DNA of 64,000 bases, from positions 610-64,609 of IMG/VR virus record IMGVR_UViG_3300024246_000002. The stretch is one strand, 5' to 3'. Below are positions 53,501 to 63,170 of this stretch, in pieces. The translations under genes were made by a program, and so were the position numbers. The notes beneath the pieces are model-generated. The model made no database searches and was not told where the DNA came from. It worked only from the letters and a program-made list of their open reading frames with translations. Position 1 is the first letter of the stretch, and each line of letters begins with the position of its first letter. Origin of the DNA: a virus. Its lineage: Duplodnaviria > Caudoviricetes.

Positions 53501-55981
53501 ATGCGGCTACGATTCTTAATCACGGCTCTCATAGCGACAATCTGCACGCTTCCTGCGAGGGCGCAGTACACGCCTCCGGGTGGAGGCACAAGCGGTGGTG
53601 GAACAGGCTCTCCAGCACTCCCCGCTACCGCGAACCTAGTTGCCTTCAATCAATTCCTCGACGGCTCCGGCACCGTGATGACCGATTCATCCGGGGCGGG
53701 TAATACCTGCACGCTTGGCGCATCCACCGCGGCTCCGACAGTGAACTCCGTAGCCACTGGCGGAGGGTTGACATTCGCCGCTGCCAACAACCAGTTCTGT
53801 GCGTTCCCGGCAGCCCTAAACACCGCCAAGAGTTTTATGGCGGCTATAAGTTATCAGGTTGGTGTAACGCCCGGTCCACGATATGCGGGATTGATAAATG
53901 AGCAATTCCTAAGCGGCAGCGGCGCGGTTGCGAGCAGTTTGAACTGGGAGCTTTACAACCTCTACACCACGGATGCTTGGTCGCCCGGAAGTCAGGCGGC
54001 TTCTCATTTCCGTACGCAGGGAACGACCACCACTTCGTGGAACGCTTCAAGCTCCTGCAATTTTCTTGGCACGGGCATTATCGGCCTCACGCTCGACACT
54101 AGCGACACTTTTTACATCAATGGACAACCCTGCCTTAATCGAGTGACCGGCTCAAGCCTCAACCAGCAAAGTACAGGTGTGTTGCAGCTTGGCGGTTCCG
54201 GCACGCTCGCCCAGCCAGCCAGCCAGCAATTTGGCGGAACTGTTTATTGCTTCGCGGCGTGGAGCATCGTCTTAACGCCCCCGCAAGTAGCGCAGGCTTC
54301 GCAAGCCCTTCAATCTTCCTGCCTCACGCAGCGCGGCATCACGCCATTTCTAGGCGGCGCAACGAGCGCCACTGCTACGCTCCAAGACAACCACGATTCC
54401 AACGTGCTAGAGGGGGATTCGCTTTTCGCTGGCATCAACATTCCCTCGCAAGGAATCAACGGAACTCCGGTCAGTACGGCGGATACGGCCATCGCTGGGT
54501 CTGGAACATGGAGCATCCTCGCCCGATTTCCTCTCAACGACGTTCCGCTTTATCGGGCCGGGGCGAACCGCAATACGTTCATCGAATGGGCGGGAACGAA
54601 CGACCTCGCACAGTCGGTCAGCAGCGTGGCTGGAAATTTGTGTGCAACGGCTCGCGTTGCCGAGCAAGTTGGATTTAACACCTACTTTGCCACGATGATT
54701 TCGCGTACCGTGCAAGAGACATTCCGCGACAATCTAAATCCTTTCATTCGCCAGTACATTCCCTCCTGCTCCAAAACTTACACGGGCATCATGGACTTGG
54801 GCGCAAACACGCATCTTGGCTGTGATGGTTGCAACTCCAATACGACCTATTTCAACGTAGATGGCGTTCACATTACCCAGTTCAGCGCGACGAACATCGT
54901 CGGCCCTTACTACGTCTTTGCCTTCAACCGGGCGAACGGCAACCGGGTAGGCTCTCCCAGCTTCAACACCTATACCGGAACCGGCTTGGGCATCCCCACA
55001 CTCTTGCAGTCGGTGGATTGCACGGCATTGAGCGGAACGAGCGTCACCTGCACGCTTCCGTGGAACACCACAGCGGGCAGCCTGATTACGGTAGTCACGA
55101 ACTGCGTCTCCTGCGCCAGCTCTGCGATCAACACGCCAACGGACAGCCAGGCGTTGACCTATACCTCCATCACCGCACAGAGCGCCTACGTTGCCGGTGC
55201 TTTGATGCGGGCGGCATTTGCTCCAAACTCAACGGCGGCGGCAGAGACAGTCACGCAAACGCTCACGGGCGGCGCTCCCTCGAACATCGAAATGACCGTG
55301 CAGGAATGGAGCGGCGTACTGACTGCGGCTCCGCTCGACGTGTCCAGCGCCATCGCAACCGGCACCAGCACATCACCGTTGACGGTCGGCATCACAACCA
55401 CCGTATCGGGCGACCTGCTCTTTGGCTATGGGGCAATCTTCAACACCAGCACTGGCGGCCTAGCAAGTTACGGAACCTACTGGCAGCCCACCGCTCCGCT
55501 CGTTTTAGCGAACGACGTTCCTCCAGTCGCGGGAATGAGCAGGGTGACAGGTGCGGCTGGCAGCTACACCACGGGCGCTACCCTCTTCCAACTGAACGGC
55601 GCGAATCCTCAATGGGGCGCGGGCGCGGCTGCATTCAAGGCCACGACAGCGACTTCCACCTTCCAGCTTCAGGCAGCGGACATTTACGCCGAGTGCGCTC
55701 CGAACGGCACAAACAACGTAGTGCTGATTCTGCCCGATGGAACGCCCATGACGGGCGGCACCATCACCATCAAGAATGCCCAGACATCCGGCGCGGCAAC
55801 CTGCGTTGTGAATGCTCCCACACCCTATGCAACCGGCGTACAACAGACGATTGACGGCGCGACCTCTGTCACGATTGCGAACAAAGCGACAGCGGTATTC
55901 AAGAGCAAGTACAGCTTCACGGGGACACCGGGGACGAACTTGGTGCCCGTAATTACGTGGGAGCAGCTTCAGAACAATTAG
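53501..55981 (+). CDS. Signal-peptide multidomain protein: LamG-like lectin plus SGNH/GDSL esterase plus beta-sandwich
   Basis: MRLRFLITALIATICTLPARAQ signal; LEGDSL (block I), AGTNDL (block III), DGVH (block V). Confidence 0.75.
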   Translation: MRLRFLITALIATICTLPARAQYTPPGGGTSGGGTGSPALPATANLVAFNQFLDGSGTVMTDSSGAGNTCTLGASTAAPTVNSVATGGGLTFAAANNQFCAFPAALNTAKSFMAAISYQVGVTPGPRYAGLINEQFLSGSGAVASSLNWELYNLYTTDAWSPGSQAASHFRTQGTTTTSWNASSSCNFLGTGIIGLTLDTSDTFYINGQPCLNRVTGSSLNQQSTGVLQLGGSGTLAQPASQQFGGTVYCFAAWSIVLTPPQVAQASQALQSSCLTQRGITPFLGGATSATATLQDNHDSNVLEGDSLFAGINIPSQGINGTPVSTADTAIAGSGTWSILARFPLNDVPLYRAGANRNTFIEWAGTNDLAQSVSSVAGNLCATARVAEQVGFNTYFATMISRTVQETFRDNLNPFIRQYIPSCSKTYTGIMDLGANTHLGCDGCNSNTTYFNVDGVHITQFSATNIVGPYYVFAFNRANGNRVGSPSFNTYTGTGLGIPTLLQSVDCTALSGTSVTCTLPWNTTAGSLITVVTNCVSCASSAINTPTDSQALTYTSITAQSAYVAGALMRAAFAPNSTAAAETVTQTLTGGAPSNIEMTVQEWSGVLTAAPLDVSSAIATGTSTSPLTVGITTTVSGDLLFGYGAIFNTSTGGLASYGTYWQPTAPLVLANDVPPVAGMSRVTGAAGSYTTGATLFQLNGANPQWGAGAAAFKATTATSTFQLQAADIYAECAPNGTNNVVLILPDGTPMTGGTITIKNAQTSGAATCVVNAPTPYATGVQQTIDGATSVTIANKATAVFKSKYSFTGTPGTNLVPVITWEQLQNN

Positions 55982-55991
55982 GGAGAGCAAG

Positions 55992-56366
55992 ATGCGGGAA
56001 CTTACGAAGCTTAAAATCTTTTTCATCGCACTGGCTGTAATTGCGATTTCGTCCATTCTGTTCATAAACCGGGACCGCCTTTCCGCCCAAAACAACTGCT
56101 CCAGTTCTACGCTTTGTGCAACTTCCGGTAGCATTGGAGGCGGGCTTTTGGCTGTTGGCGCTTCGGCTTCTGGCACAGTCACCGTGACCGGAGCTGGAGT
56201 CGGAAGCATCTGTTTTGCTCAACCTTCGGATGGAAGCGACATGATAGCTCTGGGAGCAATCCCATCTTGCACTGTTACAGCGCCAAATACAGTGGTGGTA
56301 CGCGTCTTGGCTGTTATCACGCTCACGCCAGCCGCAAAAACGTACAACATTAGAGTGGTTCAATAG
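55992..56366 (+). CDS. Signal-peptide/TM small beta protein sharing the fibre C-terminal domain
   Basis: KIFFIALAVIAISSILF...AQ; TVTVTGA...APNTVVVRV. Confidence 0.6.
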   Translation: MRELTKLKIFFIALAVIAISSILFINRDRLSAQNNCSSSTLCATSGSIGGGLLAVGASASGTVTVTGAGVGSICFAQPSDGSDMIALGAIPSCTVTAPNTVVVRVLAVITLTPAAKTYNIRVVQ

Positions 56367-56417
56367 GATTGATGAACGGGGTTGCACTTTCTCTGGAAGT
56401 GAGGTTATCTCTAAATC

Positions 56418-56594
56418 ATGGCCAACGACCCACTATGGATGGAACATGCCGCCGCGAAGATGAAGCGGAAGGGCACCGTGGGCTCCTTTGGTAAAGCCAC
56501 CTCGAAAAACATATCGAAAGGGCTGGCCAAGGGCGGCAAGCAGGCAAAAAAGGCCGCGTTCGCCAAAGCCGCCAAATCGGTCGCATCGAAATGA
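56418..56594 (+). CDS. Small Lys/Ala-rich basic protein (58 aa)
   Basis: MANDPLWMEHAAAKMKRKG...KKAAFAKAAKSVASK; GAGG RBS. Confidence 0.6.
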   Translation: MANDPLWMEHAAAKMKRKGTVGSFGKATSKNISKGLAKGGKQAKKAAFAKAAKSVASK

Positions 56595-56767
56595 GCGACC
56601 GAGCCATCATCGAGCGCGTGGGCCACGAACTTAAATCGAATCCGCCGAAGCAGCTCGCTCGAACGGCACGTAAATTCGGAGCCTCCGATGCCGCGAAGCA
56701 ACGGACGGCCATCCTACTCTCAAAGGCTCGTAAGGCCGGGGCCAACATCCCCCGAAGGAGCAAGTAA
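56591..56767 (+). CDS. Small basic protein (58 aa)
   Basis: ATGA-coupled; ...AILLSKARKAGANIPRRSK. Confidence 0.6.
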   Translation: MSDRAIIERVGHELKSNPPKQLARTARKFGASDAAKQRTAILLSKARKAGANIPRRSK

Positions 56768-56947
56768 ATGGGCGGTCACACATACTCTCAGAAGCAATCG
56801 AAGACGGTCGTAGGCAGTTCCCCCTCCAATTCGATCGCGACGAAACATGGCAGCAAGATGCCGGGTCTCGGGAAGCGCAAGTATGGCTCAGGCGGGAAGT
56901 CCAAGAGTGCTGGCAACGCTCACGGCCCCTTCGGAAAGAAGATGTAG
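56768..56947 (+). CDS. Small Lys/Gly/Ser-rich basic protein (59 aa)
   Basis: Starts directly after the upstream TAA; ...GKRKYGSGGKSKSAG... Confidence 0.55.
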   Translation: MGGHTYSQKQSKTVVGSSPSNSIATKHGSKMPGLGKRKYGSGGKSKSAGNAHGPFGKKM

Positions 56948-56965
56948 CTCAGGACGAGACCCTAG

Positions 56966-57415
56966 ATGCCCTCAATGGAGACCGACAAGACGCGCCCTTC
57001 GCGGCTCGATTCACCACCGCCTCTACCTCCGTCTCTATCGGACAAGAAGGCGCCGGATCTGGCGACGCTCTCTGGGAACCCTCAAGGCACTCCGCCAACG
57101 GGCCAGCTCATGCAAGTCGTCTTGGAACACGCTCAGCTCGCGGAGCAGATATTGACCTCGCTCGGACACATGCTCCCCTCGTTCGTCCCCGTCGCAGCCC
57201 AATTGATAGCAAGTATGAGACTTGGGGTAATCTCATCCCTGAAGCAGAGTCAGGGCAATCCCCAGCAATCTTTGGCTTCGGGCGCAGGCCCGGCACAGCC
57301 CCCACAACCTCCGCAGGGTGCGCCGCCTCAAGCGGCCGCTCCGCCGGCGGGACCGGGCGGCGTGCCAGCTCCCCCGAGTCAAGCACCACCGATGCCAGGA
57401 GGTGGCCCTCAGTGA
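56966..57415 (+). CDS. Pro/Gln-rich head-associated protein
   Basis: Pro-rich termini with a central helix; precedes the scaffold. Confidence 0.55.
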   Translation: MPSMETDKTRPSRLDSPPPLPPSLSDKKAPDLATLSGNPQGTPPTGQLMQVVLEHAQLAEQILTSLGHMLPSFVPVAAQLIASMRLGVISSLKQSQGNPQQSLASGAGPAQPPQPPQGAPPQAAAPPAGPGGVPAPPSQAPPMPGGGPQ

Positions 57416-57461
57416 AGCACGTTCAATTACTGCGGAGCCTCTGGCGGCAGAAAGGTGACAA

Positions 57462-58214
57462 ATGAGCACGTTGCAGGAATATCTCAATGAACTGGCTAAG
57501 ACGGCGGGCCTCGATGAAGAGTCGAAGGCGAGCCTGACTAAGGTTCTTGGGAACGCTAAGTTCGCAGAAGAGTTGGAAAAGGGCGTGAAGCGGCAGTCCG
57601 ACTACTCTCGCAACATGGACGAGTTGAAGGCCGAGAAGCTCAAGGTCGATACTCAGATTGGCCAGTGGCGCGAGTGGTACAACACCGCCGTTACACGGGA
57701 CGCCGAACGCGAGGAGGAATTACAGCGGTTGAAGGGCGGGAATCCTAACCCGAATCCCAATCCCAACCCCAACCCGAATCCTGCGCCGACAGGCCTCACC
57801 CAGAAGCAACTCGACGAGGCTCAAAGCCGGATGGTTCAAATCGTAAAGCAGATGGGCCGGGTCAGTTCTCGGCACGCTGCCCAATTCCACGAGGAACTCG
57901 ATGTCGATGCAGTCGAAAAAATTGCGCTCGAAAAAGGGTTGACCGTGGACAAGGCTTACGAAGAGTTCGTTCGGCCCCGCGTCGAAGAGTTGAAGCAGAA
58001 GGACATCGACGAGAAACTCAGGCTGGCTCGCGAGGAAGGTCTCCGCGAAGGCCTATCGAAGCGCGATGTCCCCGACGAAGGCTCCAAGTCCTACCACCCG
58101 ATTTTCGGGCAGCCGAAGCAGGTCGAGGCGACGAAGGGCATGACCGACGCCCAGCGCTCCGCCAACTTCGCCGAGGCATGGACAAAGGAAGCCCTCGCGT
58201 CGAAACATCAGTAA
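57462..58214 (+). CDS. Capsid scaffolding protein
   Basis: Charged coiled coil, (NP)7 linker, RQSDYSR motif; directly upstream of the capsid gene. Confidence 0.75.
   Translation: MSTLQEYLNELAKTAGLDEESKASLTKVLGNAKFAEELEKGVKRQSDYSRNMDELKAEKLKVDTQIGQWREWYNTAVTRDAEREEELQRLKGGNPNPNPNPNPNPNPAPTGLTQKQLDEAQSRMVQIVKQMGRVSSRHAAQFHEELDVDAVEKIALEKGLTVDKAYEEFVRPRVEELKQKDIDEKLRLAREEGLREGLSKRDVPDEGSKSYHPIFGQPKQVEATKGMTDAQRSANFAEAWTKEALASKHQ
57741..57782 (+). repeat. Coding hexamer repeat AA(T/C)CC(N) x7 encoding (Asn-Pro)7
   Basis: AATCCTAACCCGAATCCCAATCCCAACCCCAACCCGAATCCT. Confidence 0.85.
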
Positions 58215-58274
58215 CCGTACGTGAAGTAGAGGCGGAAGCGCCACGAATGCGCTCAACCGCAACGATGGTATGAA

Positions 58275-59586
58275 ATGGCAGAACTGGATCAATTGAATGT
58301 GGCAACGGAACGCTACATTCAGGATACTCCGGCTCTGGTGGACAACGTTAACTAAATGGCGTTGTATAAACCGCTGGTAATTATCTGGGACGCCCCTAAG
58401 TTGGGCAATCAGAGGCAAGGGTCCACGAAAAGTGGATGACTAGCCGCAGAGACTAAACCCAGTGGCCCGTCTCAGACGGGATGTGATAGTCCGAACTGCA
58501 CTGAAAGGTGCAGAGGTCGTGGAAACAGCGACCCGCCTCGTAAGAGGTCATCAAGTAACAGAATGCTTCCAAGCAGACCCTCTATTGGCTTATCTGAAGC
58601 TGAACGTCCGCGATGATTTCGACGGCGGCACGCTCATTCAGGAAGGCTTCTTCTTTGACGGACTGATTGGTGGACCGTACGCCAAGGGCCAAGAATTTGA
58701 TATCTCGGAGAAACAGGTCGAGCAGGCCTATCAGCTCAACATGAAGTTCTTCGAGATGAACGTCACGATGTCGCTCGAAGACATCAAGGTCCTGAACAAG
58801 GGGCCTCGTGCGGCGTTCAAGCTCATCGACAGCCGCATGACCAACGCTTACATGACGCTTGGTGCCCAGATGTCCATCCTCCAGTACATCAACGGCACCA
58901 CGGCGGGCTACACCTCCAACTTCAACGGGTTCGCTGAAGCGCTGAACGACAACACGACCGTCTCATGGGACAACGCCACCTATGCGACCTACGGTGGAAT
59001 CACCCGCGGCGGCCAAGTCGGCACCGCGCTCAACTCCGCCCCTGTGAACATCAACGGGACGATCGAGTACAACCAGCTCGAAGAGAACTACGGCACCGCC
59101 TCATTCGGGAACATCGAGCCGAACTTGGGCGTGACGACCGTTCTCGGCTATTCCTACGTGAAGGAGAAGTTCCAGACACAGCAGCGCTTCAACGACACGC
59201 AGGATCCGGCGATCGGCTTCAACGGCCTCAAATTCAACTCGGCGACCATTATCAAGTCCCGCTACGCTCCGGGGACGGATATCACCACCACGTCGCCCCA
59301 GTCACAGTCGAACAGGATCGCCGTCCAAGCATTGAAGACGATGTCTCAGGGCGCCGTCACCGCCTACCCGACCCTCGCTCAATCCGGCGAGACGTTCTGG
59401 TGGATTAACGCCCGCAAGCCCTTCCTTCGGTTCTACGTCTCGGACGACCCGATGTTCGGCTTCGGCTTCACTGGCTTCAAGCCCGCTCAGGGCAACACGA
59501 AGGTCTCTGGGCAGGTTCTCGCGTCGTGCCAAATCTCAGTTCCTGGCCCGCGCTACCACAAGCAGATGTACGGGATCACATCCTAA
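58275..59586 (+). CDS. Major capsid protein, spliced: exon 1 58275-58348 plus exon 2 58566-59586 (364 aa)
   Basis: Joining gives MAELDQLNVATERYIQDTPALVDNV-FQADPLLAYLK...GGTLIQ, an uninterrupted capsid-like N-terminus; position after the scaffold. Confidence 0.85.
58349..58565 (+). ncRNA. Group I self-splicing intron without ORF (217 nt) in the major capsid gene
   Basis: P1 ACAACGU/GCGUUGU with U.G at the 5' splice site; P3 CGCUGG/CCAGUG; P4-P5 UCUG..GCCC/GGGCAAUCAGA; P6a UCCAC/GUGGA; GCAGAGACUA/GAUAGUCC (P7); P8 CCCGUC/GACGGG; three P9 hairpins; terminal G at 58565. Confidence 0.9.
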
Positions 59587-59601
59587 GGAGGGAGATGAAC
59601 C

Positions 59602-60144
59602 ATGCCACAGACAATCACTGACCAGACTGTATATCTCTCCACAGGTGACCCCGAAACCTACGGAATCACCACCGCCATCACCACGCCCTACAAGCCGGGT
59701 GAGCTTGGGAAGAAGTTCGTCGCCTCGACGGGCAAGCGCTACCAGCTCGTCCAGCTCGACTCCTCGAGTTCGACGACGGCAGCGAATCAGCTCGTGTTCT
59801 GGGCGCAACGGACTCTCTACACCGTTACAGCCGCATATCAGGACACGCGAAACTTGGCGAGTCTAAATGGTGTCGCGGGCCGCGCGCCGGGCATAGTTGC
59901 TGCTTCAGGCTATTTCGCCATGCAGATTGGTGGCTCCGCTGTTTTGAACTATGCGGGAACCACTACAGCAGGCGCAGTGGGCGGGGCAGTCATCGCGCGC
60001 GCAAGTAACAACACGGTTGGGGCTGCCGATGCGACTACGCTCGGTACGGCTCCGGTTCAAAAAGTGGTTGGATGGGTGACGACGGCAGCTACGACTACAC
60101 AAGTTACCTGTTCACTCATACTCGATGACGGCGAGGTGCTCTAA
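59602..60144 (+). CDS. Capsid cement/decoration protein
   Basis: AAGGAGG RBS; directly after the capsid gene; ...GELG...GKRYQLVQ...GYFAMQIGG pattern. Confidence 0.65.
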   Translation: MPQTITDQTVYLSTGDPETYGITTAITTPYKPGELGKKFVASTGKRYQLVQLDSSSSTTAANQLVFWAQRTLYTVTAAYQDTRNLASLNGVAGRAPGIVAASGYFAMQIGGSAVLNYAGTTTAGAVGGAVIARASNNTVGAADATTLGTAPVQKVVGWVTTAATTTQVTCSLILDDGEVL

Positions 60145-60389
60145 TGGCCGCCGTCACAGTCACCAAGCGCTACGACAACGTCATGGGCTCCCGCCGTTCC
60201 GTGGGAGCCATCATTGCAGGCACAGGCTCGGGCGACACATGGAACACGGGGCTCAAATCTATCTCCTCGTGGTCCATGGACGCCGGGAGCGCTAATCCGC
60301 CGACTGCTATTACAGCGTCGGGCGGAACACTCACAATCACGGCCGGCGGCTCCTACACGGGAGCCTCGGTCATTGTCTGGGGCTACTGA
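60144..60389 (+). CDS. Small structural protein
   Basis: TAATG coupling; beta-rich 81 aa. Confidence 0.55.
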   Translation: MAAVTVTKRYDNVMGSRRSVGAIIAGTGSGDTWNTGLKSISSWSMDAGSANPPTAITASGGTLTITAGGSYTGASVIVWGY

Positions 60390-60406
60390 AAAGGGAGCGA
60401 GCGTGA

Positions 60407-61657
60407 ATGGCACAGGAAACTTACGCCGAGCTTTGGCGGGCGCTTCAGTTGCACTCGCCAGTGCTTCCAACCACGCTCGCTCAGCAATTTATTCGCTCGC
60501 GTTTTAGGGATGTTAGAAGAAAAAGGTTATGGTCATGGCGCATCGGCCAGAACCAGTTCATCACGCCAGATGTCTACTCGGTGGGTCTCGCCTCGGCGAC
60601 GCTCAATTCCCCCGTCATCACCGGGTCTGGAACAGGTTGGACCAGCGCACTCGTCGGACGGCAATTCCGCTTCGGCGCGGTCGCCCCAATCTACACCATC
60701 ATCGAGGTTGACTCGGCGACGCAGCTCCAGATTGACCTTCCGTTCGGCGGCGTCGTCCCCGGCTCGCCCACAGGCTATCAAATCTTCCTCGCTTACCTGA
60801 CTCCGCCAGCGGACTTCCAAGACTTCATCTCGCTGAAGGACACGTTCAACAACTACCGACTGTGGCTCCACTTGAGCCAAGAGGAGCTGGATACCTATGA
60901 TGCTCAGCGCTCGTGGAGTGGAACTGCGTATGGGGTTGCTGACTACCGATACTCGACATCGCCTACGGCCGGAAGTGTGGGCGCTGCAGTCCAAGTTGTC
61001 GGCACTGTAGGCGACGCCGCTCCCGTCCTCTTCGGCACCTTCAGCGGTCGCACCAACGCCGTTTACTCCATCAATATCACCACTGGAGGCCCCGTAGGCA
61101 CCGCTCAATTCACTTGGGCGCTCAATGGCGGCGCGCCGAACGGTCCCTTCGCTACCGCTCAATCACCCTTCGCGATGTCCAACGGTGTCACGGTCCAATT
61201 CCCCTCCAACATCGGCAACTACGTCCTCAACGACGTCTTCGTCTCACCCTGCACGCCGGGATTCACTGCCCAGATCCCCATGTACGAGCTGTGGCCCTAC
61301 TGCATGTCTCAGCGTGTCTACCCCTTCATCTACGACAAGCGGTTCCCCGACCTCGACGATCCCAATGGCTTAGTCCCGCCGTTTATCGACGCCGATGTGC
61401 TCGTCAAAGGCGCTCTCGCCGACGTCTGCCGGTGGCGCGGCTCCCAGACGACGCCCAATCCGATGTACGGACTGGACACCGCCATGTCATTCGAGAAAGA
61501 ATTCCAGATGAAGGTCGCTGAGATGGAGCGCGAGGACGACGAGGTCTATCTCGTGGACGTCCGCTACCAGCTCAACTCTTGGCAGGGCTTGGGGATGGCC
61601 CCGATGCCCTTCGCAATGGGCGCAGATTGGGCGCAGTCTCACGCGGTCTCAGCATAG
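60407..61657 (+). CDS. Head-tail adaptor/ring protein with inserted beta domains
   Basis: TYAELWRALQLH...AQQFIRSRF...W.W; C-terminal LWPY...YPFIY...DLDD...VPPF.DADVLVKGALA. Confidence 0.65.
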   Translation: MAQETYAELWRALQLHSPVLPTTLAQQFIRSRFRDVRRKRLWSWRIGQNQFITPDVYSVGLASATLNSPVITGSGTGWTSALVGRQFRFGAVAPIYTIIEVDSATQLQIDLPFGGVVPGSPTGYQIFLAYLTPPADFQDFISLKDTFNNYRLWLHLSQEELDTYDAQRSWSGTAYGVADYRYSTSPTAGSVGAAVQVVGTVGDAAPVLFGTFSGRTNAVYSINITTGGPVGTAQFTWALNGGAPNGPFATAQSPFAMSNGVTVQFPSNIGNYVLNDVFVSPCTPGFTAQIPMYELWPYCMSQRVYPFIYDKRFPDLDDPNGLVPPFIDADVLVKGALADVCRWRGSQTTPNPMYGLDTAMSFEKEFQMKVAEMEREDDEVYLVDVRYQLNSWQGLGMAPMPFAMGADWAQSHAVSA

Positions 61658-61673
61658 CTAAAGGAGAACTCAG

Positions 61674-61925
61674 ATGTCCGAACACAAACCTAATTCGAAA
61701 CTGGTCGAAACTCCCGTCGAGGAAATCTGCGGGAACCCGAACGAGCGCAAGCCTTCGCTCTCGTCTGACCAGACTATCTACGGTCTCAAGGGTCCCGAGG
61801 GTCTATCGGCCAATGGCGGAGTCGAGTTCGCTCTGACCTATGACGACCTCAACCCCTCGACGAAGAGTGATACCCCGTCGGACAGTGCGACGTTCGTCGG
61901 TCGCGGCGGCAAGTCGGAGGTCTAG
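61674..61925 (+). CDS. Hypothetical structural protein
   Basis: AAGGAG RBS; 83 aa. Confidence 0.5.
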   Translation: MSEHKPNSKLVETPVEEICGNPNERKPSLSSDQTIYGLKGPEGLSANGGVEFALTYDDLNPSTKSDTPSDSATFVGRGGKSEV

Positions 61926-61931
61926 CCTTCG

Positions 61932-62480
61932 ATGGAGAAGCGATTCGGCTACTCCCAAATCCAGTCCACTGGTGCGCGCGTCGCCTCGGCGACGATAACC
62001 GTGTATCAGGCGGGAACGCTCACGCTCGCTTCAATCTTCTCGGATAACCTCGCGACGCCTCAGTCGAATCCTTTCACCTCGGACGCGAACGGCCTGTGGC
62101 TGTTCTACGCGGCGAACGGGCGCTATGATGTCCAGATGAGCGGGGGCTCCCCAACCATTTCGCCCGCCTACACTCTCTCGGATTACTTGGACCTCGACCT
62201 AGGCTCAGTGGTCAGTGCGCTCCTCATTGGCGCATCGCTATCGCTCAACTCTCTGTTCACGACCATCCCCTCAGGCTTCACCCAAGAGCAGACTATCGCG
62301 CTCTCGGGCGCTCTCACCTCAGGCGTCGCCTCCGTTTCTCCTGTAGGCGACCCAGGATTCGGTCTAATTTGGAGCGCATGGGTCAGCGCCCCGAACACGG
62401 TAAGCATCCGCCTCGCGAACGTCACGCCCAATCCCATTACGCCGAACGCCGTGGCGTGGAACGTGACGGTGGCTCAGTAA
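61932..62480 (+). CDS. Tail-fibre base/adaptor-like protein
   Basis: ATITVYQAGT...QSNPFTSDANG.W.FYAANGRYDV (tailspike head-binding-like) plus the shared C-terminal domain. Confidence 0.6.
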   Translation: MEKRFGYSQIQSTGARVASATITVYQAGTLTLASIFSDNLATPQSNPFTSDANGLWLFYAANGRYDVQMSGGSPTISPAYTLSDYLDLDLGSVVSALLIGASLSLNSLFTTIPSGFTQEQTIALSGALTSGVASVSPVGDPGFGLIWSAWVSAPNTVSIRLANVTPNPITPNAVAWNVTVAQ

Positions 62481-63170
62481 ATGTCCGCGCGCACCCAATA
62501 CACGCTCGCTCAAGTTCAGACGATGGTCTTCGCCCGATTCGAAAACTCGCCATTCTGGACTCCCGCCGAGATACAGGGCTATATCAACGAGGCCCTGCGG
62601 TGCTGGTCGTGTCTCACGGGCTACTGGAAGCAGCGCGTCGTCATGCAAACTCTACCGACGCTCCCTTACTACAGTCTCGCGGGATTCCTCACCGCAGGGA
62701 TGCGCGTCGAGTTCAACTCCACTCCACTCGCTCAAGGCTCCCTGACCAACTGGGATAAGGGCTATCCGAAGTGGGAAGGACGACTGGGGATTCCGCTTGA
62801 GTGGGCTCCCGTAGGCATCAGCCTCATCGCGCTCCGGCCGGCGGACGCTGTGGGCTACAATTCTCTCGTCATCGACGGTCTCTCCGCAGCACCGCAGCTC
62901 GTCGCCCTAGACGACACAATCGATATCGGCGCGGAGGAACTGAACACTCTCGTCAACTACTGCCAGTACCTCGGAGCGTTCAAGGAAGGCGGGGCGGAGT
63001 TCGATGCCGCAATCCCGCTCTACCAATCCTTCCTCAAGGCCGCAGCGGTGAAGAATGAGAAGCTCCTCTCGTCCAGCCTGTTCAGGAAAGCGATGGGGAT
63101 AGATATCGACCCGCCCATTCTGCGGCCACGGCGTACCAGGAGCGACCTCCAACCAGTAGGAGAGCGATGA
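62481..63170 (+). CDS. Head-tail adaptor/ring protein (paralog of 7304..8002)
   Basis: TLAQVQTMV...FWTPAEIQGYINEALR. Confidence 0.65.
   Translation: MSARTQYTLAQVQTMVFARFENSPFWTPAEIQGYINEALRCWSCLTGYWKQRVVMQTLPTLPYYSLAGFLTAGMRVEFNSTPLAQGSLTNWDKGYPKWEGRLGIPLEWAPVGISLIALRPADAVGYNSLVIDGLSAAPQLVALDDTIDIGAEELNTLVNYCQYLGAFKEGGAEFDAAIPLYQSFLKAAAVKNEKLLSSSLFRKAMGIDIDPPILRPRRTRSDLQPVGER

Noticed and set aside
57741-57782. Short tandem repeat as a CRISPR or phase-variation tract
   Set aside because: It is a synonymous-variable in-frame hexamer encoding an Asn-Pro linker, with no spacers.
58215-58274. tRNA or other ncRNA between the scaffold and capsid genes (and elsewhere)
   Set aside because: No cloverleaf, T-loop GTTCRA context or CCA end was found; only weak local pairing.
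58462-58565. N-terminal extension MARLRRDVIVRTALKG... of the capsid ORF in the supplied track
   Set aside because: It is intron RNA (P8-P9) read in frame; the real start is 58275 in exon 1.
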